This document shows, piece after piece, positions 1 through 10,720 of a DNA stretch of 64,000 bases; position 1 is the stretch's first letter; every line of letters starts with the position of its first letter. The stretch is from Bryobacterales bacterium (lineage in GTDB: Bacteria > Acidobacteriota > Terriglobia > Bryobacterales > UBA6623). Location of the stretch: the NCBI GenBank assembly GCA_963422375.2, contig OY729428.2, positions 1,248,001 through 1,312,000 on the forward strand. Direction: 5' to 3'. The position numbers and the translations under genes are program-made. Under the pieces are notes generated by a model. That model made no database searches, was not told the origin of the DNA, and saw only the letters and a list, made by a program, of their open reading frames with translations.

Positions 1-1052
1 ATCGAGCCCTGCGGCTTGGTCACGAGCCGCCTGACCGCGAGGAACTCCAGGATGCGCTCCTTGACCCGCTCCAGCCCGTAGTGGTCGCTTTCGAGGACCT
101 TCTCAGCATTGCCGAGGTCGCGGATCTCCCGCGTCTTGGCCTTCCAGGGCACCGACAGCAGCCAGTCGATGTAGTTGTTCGAGACGGTCGCCTCGGCCGA
201 CATCTGGGGCATGTTCTCGAGTTTCTGGATCTCGTTCAGGGCCTTCTTCTTGGCGTCCTTGGTCATGCCCGCTTCCTCGACGCGCTTGCGCAGCTTGTCG
301 AACTCGCTGTTCTCGCCGCGCCCGAGCTCTTTCTGGATGGCCTTGATCTTCTCGTTGAGGTAGTACTCCTTCTGCGCCTTTTCCATCTGCTTCTTGACGC
401 GGCCCTGGATGGTCCGGTCGACGGAGAGCTTTTCGATCTCGATGTCCAGCAGGTCGGCGATGCGCGTGAGGCGCTCGACCGGATCGAAGATCTCGAGCAG
501 GTCCTGCCGTTCGGGCACGGTGAGCTGCAGGTGCGCGGAGATCGTGTCGGCGAGCTTGCCCGCCTCGTCCACCCGCACGGCGGCCATCATGGTCTCGTAG
601 TTGAGGGTCTGGCTCTGCTTCACGTACTGCTCGAACAGGGTCGTGACGCGACCCTTCAGGTCCTCGAGTTCGCCCTGCGAAGGCGGCGCGAACTGCTCGG
701 TCTCGACCGTCGCCTGCATGTAGCCGTCCTCGAACCGGACCTTGCGCAGCCGGGCCCGCTGCAAGCCCTCGACCAGCACCTTGACGTTGCTGTCGGGGAG
801 CTTCAGGCTCTGGACGATGGAGACGATCGTGCCGACCTGGTAGACCTCCTCGGGGCTGGGGTCGTCGTTGGACGCGTCGTGCTGCGTCGTGAGGAAGATC
901 TTCCGGTCGTGGGCCAGAGCGGCTTCCAGCGCCTTCACGCTCGCGTCGCGCCCGACCACGAACGGGGACATCATCTGCGGGAAAATCACGACGTCCCGGA
1001 TGGGCATCATCGGTATCCGCGAAGTCGTACGAATACCGCTGGCGGTGGGCAT
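1..1052 (-). CDS. lon: ATP-dependent Lon protease, 5' part (runs off window)
   Basis: Manual translation from ATG at 1052 (RBS taggag): MPTASGIRTTSRIPMMPIRDVVIFPQMMSPFVVGRDASVKALE... and later DHYGLERVKERILEFLAV; directly downstream of clpX. Confidence 0.95.
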   Translation of the reverse strand, partial: MPTASGIRTTSRIPMMPIRDVVIFPQMMSPFVVGRDASVKALEAALAHDRKIFLTTQHDASNDDPSPEEVYQVGTIVSIVQSLKLPDSNVKVLVEGLQRARLRKVRFEDGYMQATVETEQFAPPSQGELEDLKGRVTTLFEQYVKQSQTLNYETMMAAVRVDEAGKLADTISAHLQLTVPERQDLLEIFDPVERLTRIADLLDIEIEKLSVDRTIQGRVKKQMEKAQKEYYLNEKIKAIQKELGRGENSEFDKLRKRVEEAGMTKDAKKKALNEIQKLENMPQMSAEATVSNNYIDWLLSVPWKAKTREIRDLGNAEKVLESDHYGLERVKERILEFLAVRRLVTKPQGS

Positions 1053-1110
1053 GCTCCTAGTTTACGACGCGCCCGCGACGAGGCGGCGGACGGCGGCCAG
1101 CCGGCTCCGG

Positions 1111-2406
<1,296 letters not shown>

Positions 2407-2579
2407 CGGTGGCTCCTAGCGGCTGGACTCTGTCGCACGGGCGGCAGCCGGCGGACCGGCTCCGCATTCATCGTACCAGAAACCGGACCCGCGACGGATG
2501 CCTTGCAAGGGGCGCAAGTTGCCGGGATTTCGCCCCTTGCGCCTCGGCCCGCCTTGCGCGAGGGGCCGCGGCCGCCCCC

Positions 2580-3350
2580 TCAGTCGGAAGCGATGGCGAG
2601 GATCCTAGCGAGAGCCGTGGCGACCTCGCCGGGGTCCGCGAGGCGGTATCGCGCCGCGGAGAGCCGGCCCGGGGGCCCCACGAAGACCGTCACGGCCTGC
2701 CCCGCGAGCGCCCGGAAGGCGTCCTCGTCCGTGGTGTCGTCTCCGAAGTACAGCGGCAGCCCTCCGAACTCGCCGAGCAGTCCCGCGACGGCGGTGCCCT
2801 TGCCGATGCCGTCCGCCGGGGTGATGTCGAAGACCCTCTTGCCGGGAGCGGCCTGCAGGCCGGGAATCGCCGCGACGGCCCGGCGCACGGCCCGCTCGAC
2901 CCGCGGGAGCGCGCCGGGCGACGCGTTCCGGTAATGGGCCGCGGCGGACATGCCCTTGTCCTCGACCTGAAATCCCGGCACGTCGGCGAGTTCGGCGGCG
3001 AGGCGCTCGCAGGCGGCGCGAACCGACTCGCGCCCGCGCCCGGAGCACTCGACCGCGTCCCGGCCCGGCCGCAGGCGCTCCCGGCCGTGGCTGCCGACGT
3101 AATGCACGCCGGCGAGGCCGAGCAGCTCGCTGACGTCCCGCGCGCCGCGCCCGCTGACGACCGCCAGGGCCACGCCGGGCAGGCGCTGCAGCCCGCGCAG
3201 GGCGGCCAGCGTCTCTGCGGGCGCGCGAGCATCCGGAGGGCGCGGGACGATCGGCGCGAGGGTCCCGTCGAAGTCCAGCATCAGCAGGAGACGGTCGCTC
3301 CGGCGGATCCGCCCGGCCACCTCCGGCCAGGCCTGGAACAGGTGGATCAT
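2580..3350 (-). CDS. otsB: Trehalose-6-phosphate phosphatase
   Basis: HAD motifs LDFDGTL, VSGR, YFGDDTTDEDAF; ATG at 3350 overlaps the otsA stop. Confidence 0.93.
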   Translation of the reverse strand: MIHLFQAWPEVAGRIRRSDRLLLMLDFDGTLAPIVPRPPDARAPAETLAALRGLQRLPGVALAVVSGRGARDVSELLGLAGVHYVGSHGRERLRPGRDAVECSGRGRESVRAACERLAAELADVPGFQVEDKGMSAAAHYRNASPGALPRVERAVRRAVAAIPGLQAAPGKRVFDITPADGIGKGTAVAGLLGEFGGLPLYFGDDTTDEDAFRALAGQAVTVFVGPPGRLSAARYRLADPGEVATALARILAIASD

Positions 3351-4864
3351 CCGCCGCTGCCCGGCCCGGGCACGGTCTCGAGGATGCTGCCGATCCAGCC
3401 GAAGATGTTGTGCTGCCGCACGTGGCGGCGCAGCCTGCGCATCCGCTCGACTTCCCCGGCCGGATCGGGCCGGGCCATGTCCCGCAGCCGCCCGGCGAAC
3501 TCGTCGATGGCGAAGGGATTGAAGCACTCGGCCCCGGGAAGCTCCCAGGCGGCTCCGGCGAAACGGCTCAGCAGCAGCCGCCCGCGCTCGTCGTTGCGGG
3601 CGGCGAGAAACTCCTTCGCCACCAGGTTCATGCCGTCTTCCAGCGAGCTCACCACGCAGACGTCGGCGAGCCGGTAGAGCGCCAGCACGTCGCTCTCGCT
3701 CAGGCGCTCCCTCAGGGCCACGACCGGGCTGTACCCGTCGCCGCCGAACCTGCGGTTGACGCGCGCGACGGCGCGGTCCAAGTCGCGCTGCAAGTCGAGA
3801 TAGGCCGGAATGTCGGTCCGGCTCGGGGCTCCCGCGTGCAGGTACGCGAACCGGCCGCGCATCTCGGGATGCCTCTCCAGCAAGCAGTCGATTGCCTGCA
3901 GGCGCTCGACCAAGCCCTTGGTGTAATCGAGCCGGTCCACGCCTACGGCCACGAACTTGCCGGCCAGCCCGTGCCGCTCGCGCAGCCGCGCGACCGCCGC
4001 GTCGCATTCCGCGCTGGAGGCTCTTGCGGCGATCCCGTCGAAGTCGATCGATATCGGGAACGCGCCGACGCGCATCCGGCGGCCGTCGTCCCCGGCCACG
4101 GCACCGTCGCCGTCGCGGCGCCAGCCCGGCAGCGCGCACGCGGCGTCGGCGAAGCGGCGGGCGTACTGCGGGGTGTGGAAGCCGAGCACGTCGCTGCCCA
4201 GGGCGCCCGCGAGGAGCTCCGCGCTCCAGGGGCAGATCTCGAGAATGTCCGGCAGGGGCCACGGGATATGCCAGAAGTGCAGGCACGTCGCGCGCGGGCA
4301 GCGCCTGCGGAGCATGGCAGGCAGCAGGGCGAAGTGGTAGTCCTGCACGAAGACGACCACCTCGCGGTCGCCAGCGACCCGCGCGACTGCCTCGGCGAAC
4401 CGCGCGTTCACGGCCCGGTAGGCCTGCCAGTGCGCTTCGCGGAACAGCGGCTTCGCGAACGCGCTGTGACACAGCGGCCACAGGGCCTGGTTGGCGAACC
4501 CGTTGTAGTACCCCTCGACTTCCCCGGCGTCCAGCCACACCCGCTGCAAATGGTAGGCCGGGCGACCGGGGGGCACGGCGACGCGCCCGCGCTCGTCCGA
4601 CGCCTCGCGGTCGGCGCTCCCGGACCCGTGGGCGACCCAGACCCCGCCGACCGCCTGCATCACGGAGCCGAGAGCCAGCGTCAGGCCGCCGACCGCGGGC
4701 CGCGCCGCGAGCGACCCGTCAGGCAGGCGCACGTGCTCGAACGGCTCGCGGTTCGAGACGCTGACCAGAAGGCGGCTGCCGACCCGCGCCCGGGCCAGTT
4801 CCCGCAGCTCGGACCGGGTGCGGACCGAGGGCTCCGTTTCCGTCGCCCTGCCTGCCGCGCCCAC
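3347..4864 (-). CDS. otsA: Trehalose-6-phosphate synthase (GT20)
   Basis: VSNREP, YYNGFANQALWPLCH, QDYH, FWHIPWP, VDRLDYTKG, DGMNLVAKEF; GTG start approximate. Confidence 0.95.
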   Translation of the reverse strand: MGAAGRATETEPSVRTRSELRELARARVGSRLLVSVSNREPFEHVRLPDGSLAARPAVGGLTLALGSVMQAVGGVWVAHGSGSADREASDERGRVAVPPGRPAYHLQRVWLDAGEVEGYYNGFANQALWPLCHSAFAKPLFREAHWQAYRAVNARFAEAVARVAGDREVVVFVQDYHFALLPAMLRRRCPRATCLHFWHIPWPLPDILEICPWSAELLAGALGSDVLGFHTPQYARRFADAACALPGWRRDGDGAVAGDDGRRMRVGAFPISIDFDGIAARASSAECDAAVARLRERHGLAGKFVAVGVDRLDYTKGLVERLQAIDCLLERHPEMRGRFAYLHAGAPSRTDIPAYLDLQRDLDRAVARVNRRFGGDGYSPVVALRERLSESDVLALYRLADVCVVSSLEDGMNLVAKEFLAARNDERGRLLLSRFAGAAWELPGAECFNPFAIDEFAGRLRDMARPDPAGEVERMRRLRRHVRQHNIFGWIGSILETVPGPGSGG

Positions 4865-4872
4865 GATCCGGC

Positions 4873-5715
4873 CTAGCGCAGCAGGGATTCCAGTTCCACG
4901 CGAGCGTCCGTCTTCTCGTCGCGATACTTGACGATGACCGGCGCGTAGAGCGAAAGGTTCATGATCGTGCCCGGGCCAGTCGTGACCTGCCGGGCTCCGG
5001 GCACGACCACCGCGCCTTCGGGAATGATCAGCGGCTGGTCCGCGGCAGCGCGGTACGACGTGTTGTGGACGATGTCGTAGACCGGCGTGGAGCGCGTCAG
5101 AATCGTGCCCGCTCCGAGGACGGCGGACCGCCTGACGATCGTGCCCTCGTACACCCCCGAATTGCCCCCCACGAGCACGTTGTCCTCGATTATCACGGGC
5201 AGGGCCCCGACAGGCTCGAGCACGCCTCCGATCTGGGCCGCTGCGCTGAGGTGGCAGTTGCGACCGATCTGCGCGCAGCTGCCCACGAGGGCATGCGAGT
5301 CGACCATGGTGCCGTCGCCCACGTAGGCGCCCACGTTGATGTACATGGGCGGCATGCAGGTCACGCTGCGCCCCACGTGGCAGCCGTCCCTCAGACTGGA
5401 GCCACCCGGCACCACGCGCACGCTGTCCCCCACGGTCACGCGGCGCGGCGGGTAGGTCGACTTGTCCACGAAACCGAAACGGCTGCCGGCATCTGACATG
5501 TCGACGCTCCGTCCCATGCGGAATCCGACCAGGATCCCGCGCTTGACCCACGCGTTAACGCGCCAGCCGTGCGGCAGCGCCAACGGATCCGGTTCCGCGG
5601 CGCGCACCGCGCCACTGTTCAGCCCGGCCTTGAATTCGCGGAACGTCTCGAGATCTTGGTGCGAGTACTCCTCGGGGTTGCTCTCGAAGAGGGCGTCGAT
5701 GCGCTCTGCCAGCAT
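4873..5715 (-). CDS. dapD: Tetrahydrodipicolinate N-succinyltransferase
   Basis: [38 protein letters not shown] hexapeptide region. Confidence 0.95.
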   Translation of the reverse strand: MLAERIDALFESNPEEYSHQDLETFREFKAGLNSGAVRAAEPDPLALPHGWRVNAWVKRGILVGFRMGRSVDMSDAGSRFGFVDKSTYPPRRVTVGDSVRVVPGGSSLRDGCHVGRSVTCMPPMYINVGAYVGDGTMVDSHALVGSCAQIGRNCHLSAAAQIGGVLEPVGALPVIIEDNVLVGGNSGVYEGTIVRRSAVLGAGTILTRSTPVYDIVHNTSYRAAADQPLIIPEGAVVVPGARQVTTGPGTIMNLSLYAPVIVKYRDEKTDARVELESLLR

Positions 5716-5782
5716 CCCCCCAATCGTACAAGCCTAGAGTGCCGGCGATAACCGGTGATACATTGGGAGCGATCCGGTCGCC

Positions 5783-6490
5783 GTGGAGTTCCGTCCCAAC
5801 CGCCACGCGGGCAGCCTGATTATCGTGGAGGGCATCGACGGGTCGGGAAAGTCCACGCAGCTGTCGCTGCTGTGCCAGTGGCTGCGCTCCAAGCGGCTCG
5901 TGGTGTCGTTCAGCGAGTGGAACTCGTCCCCGATCGTGCGCGAGAGCACGCGCCAGGGCAAGAAGAAGCAGATGTTCACGCCCACGACCTTCAGCCTGAT
6001 CCATGCGACCGACTTCGCGGACCGGCTCGAGCGCACCATCGTTCCGATGCTCCGGGCAGGAGCGGTGGTCTGCGCCGACCGCTACGCCTTCACCGCGTTC
6101 GCGCGAGACGCCGCGCGCGGGGTGGACCCCGGATGGGTCCGCAACCTGTACCGCATGGCCATCAAGCCGGATCTCGCATTCTACTTCCGCGTGCCGCTGG
6201 GGGTCGCGCTCGACCGCATCCTCGGGGGCCGCGCGGCCCTGAAGTACTACGAGGCCGGCATGGACCTCGGCCTCAGCTCCGACATCAAGGAGAGCTTCGC
6301 GCGGTTCCAGGCGCGCATCCTGAAGGAGTACGAGACGATGGCCGAAGAGATGGGCTTCCACGTGATCGACGCTACCGGCACCATCCAGGAGCAGCAGCGG
6401 CAGGTGCGGGAGATCGTGACTGCGCACATCGGAGAGAAGCTCGCGCGCAACCCCCTGAGGCGCATGGGGGGAAGCCCCCAAGCGGCATGA
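5783..6490 (+). CDS. Thymidylate kinase family protein (copy 1)
   Basis: P-loop VEGIDGSGKSTQ and ADRY motif. Confidence 0.85.
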   Translation: MEFRPNRHAGSLIIVEGIDGSGKSTQLSLLCQWLRSKRLVVSFSEWNSSPIVRESTRQGKKKQMFTPTTFSLIHATDFADRLERTIVPMLRAGAVVCADRYAFTAFARDAARGVDPGWVRNLYRMAIKPDLAFYFRVPLGVALDRILGGRAALKYYEAGMDLGLSSDIKESFARFQARILKEYETMAEEMGFHVIDATGTIQEQQRQVREIVTAHIGEKLARNPLRRMGGSPQAA

Positions 6491-7182
6491 ACCGCGAGCC
6501 GCTGCTGCCCTACTCGGAGCCCCTGCCCGGGGTCGACCTTGCGGGGCTGCAGGGAAGGCTGCTCGTGATCGAGGGGCCCGACTCGGTCGGGCGCAGCACG
6601 CAGGTGGACCGCCTGCGCCTGTGGCTCGAGGAGCGCGGGCACGCCGTGGTCGATACCGGCATGGCGCGCTCCGCTCTGACCAAGGACGGCATCCAGCGGG
6701 CCAAGAGCGGGCACACGCTGGGGCCGCTGACGATGGCCCTGTACTACATGGCCGACTTCGCGGACCGGCTCGAGAACTTGGTCGTCCCGGCCCTGCGAGC
6801 CGGCTTCGTGGTGCTAACCGACCGCTACTTCTTCTCGGTCGTGGCGCGGGCCGCGGCGCGGCGGCAGGATTCCGAATGGCTCGAGCGCGTCGCCGGATTC
6901 GCGCTGGTGCCGCACGCCACCTTCTACCTGCGGGCGCCCGTGAAGGAGATCCTGGCGCGGGTAGTGCGCGGCCAGCAGGGATTCGACTACTGGGAAAGCG
7001 GGATGGACGTGCCGTACGGCGAGGACCGCTACGAGAGCTTCGTCGGCTACCAGTCCAAGCTCATCGAGGTCCTGGATTCGATGGTCGCGCGCTACGGCTT
7101 CACCGTGATCGACGCGAGCGCGCCGCCGGACGTGATCTTCGCCCGCCTGCGGACGGAGATCGAGGGCCTGCTGGGCGACTGA
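6487..7182 (+). CDS. Thymidylate kinase family protein (copy 2, altered P-loop)
   Basis: IEGPDSVGRSTQ and LTDRY; ATGA overlap with copy 1. Confidence 0.85.
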   Translation: MNREPLLPYSEPLPGVDLAGLQGRLLVIEGPDSVGRSTQVDRLRLWLEERGHAVVDTGMARSALTKDGIQRAKSGHTLGPLTMALYYMADFADRLENLVVPALRAGFVVLTDRYFFSVVARAAARRQDSEWLERVAGFALVPHATFYLRAPVKEILARVVRGQQGFDYWESGMDVPYGEDRYESFVGYQSKLIEVLDSMVARYGFTVIDASAPPDVIFARLRTEIEGLLGD

Positions 7183-7196
7183 CGGGCGGGCGCGCG

Positions 7197-7877
7197 GTGG
7201 CTGGCAGGTTCGGCCTGATCGTCTTCGATCTCGACGGCACGCTGATCGACTCGTCGGCGGATCTCGCGCTGGCGGTGAACGCCACCCGCGGCGAGGCGGG
7301 CCTGCCCCCGCTGAGCATGGAGCGGGTGGCCGCGTACGTCGGCGACGGAGCCCCCATGCTGGTCCGGCGGGCGCTGGGACGAGGCGCGTCGGATGCCGCC
7401 GTGCGAGAGGGGCTGGAGTTCTTCCTGCGATTCTACCGGGAGAACATGCTGGTCCACACGAGACTGTATCCCGGCGCCCGCGCGGCGCTGGACGGGTGGC
7501 GGTCGTCCGGTACGACCATGGCGGTGCTCACGAACAAGCCGGTCCGCTTCAGCACCGAGCTGATCGCCGGCCTCGGCCTCGCAGGGTACTTCGAGCGCAT
7601 CTACGGCGGCAACAGCTTCGAGACGAAGAAGCCGCATCCGCACGGGCTGCGGACCATCATGCGCGAGACGGGATTCGGGCCGGCGGGCACGCTGATGGTG
7701 GGGGACAGCTCGGTCGACGTCCTGACGGCGCGCAACGCCGGCGTCGCCTGCGCGGGCGTGACCTACGGGCTGCGGCCGCTGGACTTCGCGAGCCACCCGC
7801 CGGACGTGCTGGTGGACGACCTGCGCGATCTCCCGGCCCGCCTGAACGGCAGCCTGCCCGGACCGCCGCGGGGCTGA
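7197..7877 (+). CDS. gph: HAD-IA hydrolase, phosphoglycolate phosphatase-like
   Basis: FDLDGTLIDS, LTNKP, KKPHP, MVGDS. Confidence 0.85.
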   Translation: MAGRFGLIVFDLDGTLIDSSADLALAVNATRGEAGLPPLSMERVAAYVGDGAPMLVRRALGRGASDAAVREGLEFFLRFYRENMLVHTRLYPGARAALDGWRSSGTTMAVLTNKPVRFSTELIAGLGLAGYFERIYGGNSFETKKPHPHGLRTIMRETGFGPAGTLMVGDSSVDVLTARNAGVACAGVTYGLRPLDFASHPPDVLVDDLRDLPARLNGSLPGPPRG

Positions 7878-7891
7878 CGGGCCTTGGGGCC

Positions 7892-9067
7892 CTACGCGAA
7901 CGCCTGGATCCCGGTCACGTGCGACCCGAGGACCAAGGTGTGGATGTTGTGCGTGCCCTCGTAGGTCTTGACAGTCTCGAGATTGCACATGTGCCGGAAC
8001 ACCGGGTATTCGTCGGTGATCCCGTTCGCTCCGAGCAGGTCCCGGGCCCGCCGGGCCACCTCCAGCGCCATCGCGGCGTTGTTGCGCTTGATCATCGACA
8101 CGTGGGCGTGGTGCGAGCGGCCCGCATCCTTGAGGCGCGTAGCGTGCAGCGTGAGGAACTGGGCCTTGGTGATCTCGGTGATCATCCAGGCCAGCTCGTT
8201 CTGGACCAGCTGATGCGAGGCGATCGGGCGGTCGCCGAACTGCGTCCTCAGGATCGTGTACTGCCGCGCGCAGTCGTAGCAGGCCATGGCCGCCCCGATC
8301 GCGCCCCAAGCGACTCCCAGCCGCGCGTTCGTCAGGCAGCTCAGGGCGGCCTTGAGGCCTCGCGCCCCCGGCAGGGCGCTCTCGCGCGGCAGGCGCACGC
8401 CGCTCAGGCCGATGCTCGAGGTCACCGAGGCCCGCAGCGAGAGCTTGTTGCGCAGGTCGACGGCGGAGAATCCCGGACGGTCCGTCTCGACGAGGAATCC
8501 CTGCACGCGGTCGCCGTCGCCGACCTTCGCCCACACGACCGCGACGTCGGCCACGCTGCCGTTGGTGATCCAGGTCTTCTCGCCGCTGAGCACCCAGCCG
8601 TCGCCGTCGGGCTCGGCCCGGGTCAGCATCCCGGCCGGGTTCGAGCCGAAGTTCGGCTCGGTCAGGGCGAAGCAGCCCATGCTCTCCCCGCGCTGCATGC
8701 CGGGCAGCCAGCGGGCCTTCTGCTCCTCGCTGCCGAAGGAGTGGATGGCGTACATGGAGAGGCTGCCCTGAACCGACACGAAGCTGCGGAGCGCCGAGTC
8801 GCCACGCTCCAGCTCCTGCATTACCAGCCCGTACTCGACGTTGCTGAGGCCGGCGCAGCCGTAGCCGCGCAGGTTCGCGCCGAACAGACCGAGCTCCACG
8901 ATGGGCGCGGTCAACTCGACCGGGAACGTCCCCTCGCGGAAGTGCTTCGCGACGACGGGCACGAAGCGCTCCTCCACGAACTGCCGCGCGGTCTGCCGCA
9001 CGAGCAGCTCCTCCTCGCTCAGCAGCGAGTCGAACTCCATGAAATCGACGCCTCGGTACTCGAACAT
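7892..9067 (-). CDS. Acyl-CoA dehydrogenase (glutaryl-CoA dehydrogenase-like)
   Basis: ELERGDSALRSFVSVQGSL, FALTEPNFGSNP, KTWITNG, TYEGTHNIH. Confidence 0.92.
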   Translation of the reverse strand: MFEYRGVDFMEFDSLLSEEELLVRQTARQFVEERFVPVVAKHFREGTFPVELTAPIVELGLFGANLRGYGCAGLSNVEYGLVMQELERGDSALRSFVSVQGSLSMYAIHSFGSEEQKARWLPGMQRGESMGCFALTEPNFGSNPAGMLTRAEPDGDGWVLSGEKTWITNGSVADVAVVWAKVGDGDRVQGFLVETDRPGFSAVDLRNKLSLRASVTSSIGLSGVRLPRESALPGARGLKAALSCLTNARLGVAWGAIGAAMACYDCARQYTILRTQFGDRPIASHQLVQNELAWMITEITKAQFLTLHATRLKDAGRSHHAHVSMIKRNNAAMALEVARRARDLLGANGITDEYPVFRHMCNLETVKTYEGTHNIHTLVLGSHVTGIQAFA

Positions 9068-9120
9068 CGCCGCCCTCGAACGGACCATCGTAGCGCGCAG
9101 GACCCGGCGACCGTGGTAGG

Positions 9121-9873
9121 ATGCGCGCAGTGAGCGTGGAAGCCGCGCGGCGATGGATCGACGAGGCCGCGCGCGTCGTCGGGTTCACCGGCGCGGGCAT
9201 CTCCACCGAATCGGGGATTCCCGACTTTCGCGGCCCCGGCGGCGTGTGGGCGCGCAACCGGATCGTGGACTTCCGGGAGTTCGTCACCAACGAGGCGGGA
9301 CGCATCGAGTACTGGAGGCAGAAGACGGAGAACTGGCCCGCCATGCGCGCGGCGCGGCCGAACGCCGGGCACCGAGCGTTCGTGACTCTGCACGGCCGCG
9401 GCAAGCTCGCCGCGCTGGTCACCCAGAACATCGAGCGCCTGCACCAGCGTTCCGGCCTGCCCGCCAGCCTCGTTCTGGAGCTGCACGGCACGACCACCGA
9501 GGCCGCCTGCTTGTCCTGCGGCGACCGGATCAGCTCGGACCAAGCCTGCCGGCGCGTCCTCGGAGGCGAGAAGGCGCCGCGCTGCACCGCGTGCGGCGGG
9601 CTGCTCAAGCCCGCCACGATCTCGTTCGGCCAGGAGATGCCGGCCCAAGTGGTGGAGGCGGCCTGCGCGGCGGCTCGGGACTGCGACCTGCTGCTGGCGG
9701 TGGGCTCGTCCTTGGTAGTCGAGCCCGCCGCGTCGATCCCGCGGATGGCGAAGCAGGCGGGAGCGCGCCTAGTCATCGTCAACCGCGACAGCACGGCGCT
9801 GGACGGCATCGCGGATCTTGTAATCCGGGGCGAGATCGGCTCGATCCTGCCCGCTATCGCAGGCTCGACCTGA
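9121..9873 (+). CDS. cobB: Sir2-family NAD-dependent protein deacylase
   Basis: TGAGISTESGIPDFRG, TQNI, ELHG, two CxxC motifs, GSSL. Confidence 0.93.
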   Translation: MRAVSVEAARRWIDEAARVVGFTGAGISTESGIPDFRGPGGVWARNRIVDFREFVTNEAGRIEYWRQKTENWPAMRAARPNAGHRAFVTLHGRGKLAALVTQNIERLHQRSGLPASLVLELHGTTTEAACLSCGDRISSDQACRRVLGGEKAPRCTACGGLLKPATISFGQEMPAQVVEAACAAARDCDLLLAVGSSLVVEPAASIPRMAKQAGARLVIVNRDSTALDGIADLVIRGEIGSILPAIAGST

Positions 9874-9900
9874 AGGCCGACCCGGCCCGCTGCCCATACC

Positions 9901-10707
9901 ATGCCCGAGCTGCCCGAGGTCGAGGTCATCCGGCGCACGCTGGCCCCCGCCCTCGAGGGACGGACGATCGCGTCCGTGACATTCCTGTGGCCGCGGACCT
10001 GCGCGGGCGACCCCCTCGCGACGGAGGCCGCGCTGGCGGGCCAGCGGATCGTGCGGCTCGAGCGCCGCGGAAAGTACCTGCTGTTCCAGCTCACCAAGGA
10101 CGGCAAGGGCTCGCTCTTGGCGATCCACCTGCGGATGACCGGCAACCTGCTGCTGAACGCCGAGCCCGGCCGGCACGCGCGCGCGCAGATGCTCCTCGAG
10201 GAGGGGACGAGCGTCGTGTTCCGCGACATCCGGAAGTTCGGCCGCTGGCAGTGGTCCGAGCGCCTGCCCGCCCGCCTGGCCCAGCTGGGCCCCGAGCCGC
10301 TGGAGATCGATCGCGCGGAGTTCGCCGCGCGCCTGCGGGCCCGGAAGACGCGGCTCAAGGCCTTGCTACTGAACCAGGAGTTCCTGCGGGGGCTCGGGAA
10401 CATCTACGCGGACGAAGCCCTGTTCCGCGCCGGCCTGCACCCGGAGAGGCAGGGGGCCTCGGTCAGCGCGCGCAAGGCGCACGACCTGCACCGGGCCATC
10501 CAAGACGTGCTGCGCGAGTCGATCGAGGCCGGCGGCACGAGCATCAACAACTATGTCGACAGCCGCGGCGCGCAAGGGTACTTCCAGCTGATGACGCAGG
10601 TCTACAGGAAGGCCGGCCGGCCGTGCAGCCGCTGCGGGACGACCTTGGAAAGGATTCTAGTCGCGCAGCGCAGCACGCACTTCTGCCCGCGCTGCCAGCG
10701 CCGCTAG
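9901..10707 (+). CDS. mutM: Formamidopyrimidine-DNA glycosylase
   Basis: N-terminal MPELPEVE, HLRMTG, GLGNIYADEALF, C-terminal zinc finger. Confidence 0.97.
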   Translation: MPELPEVEVIRRTLAPALEGRTIASVTFLWPRTCAGDPLATEAALAGQRIVRLERRGKYLLFQLTKDGKGSLLAIHLRMTGNLLLNAEPGRHARAQMLLEEGTSVVFRDIRKFGRWQWSERLPARLAQLGPEPLEIDRAEFAARLRARKTRLKALLLNQEFLRGLGNIYADEALFRAGLHPERQGASVSARKAHDLHRAIQDVLRESIEAGGTSINNYVDSRGAQGYFQLMTQVYRKAGRPCSRCGTTLERILVAQRSTHFCPRCQRR

Positions 10708-10720
10708 GGAGGGGCCCGCC

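Noticed and set aside
2407..2579. Missing tig-clpP upstream of clpX as a sign of loss
   Set aside because: clpP may lie elsewhere in the genome; this cannot be judged from the window
9121..9873. Sir2 protein as an anti-phage NADase (Thoeris/DSR)
   Set aside because: Short canonical CobB-type sirtuin with zinc motifs in a housekeeping operon
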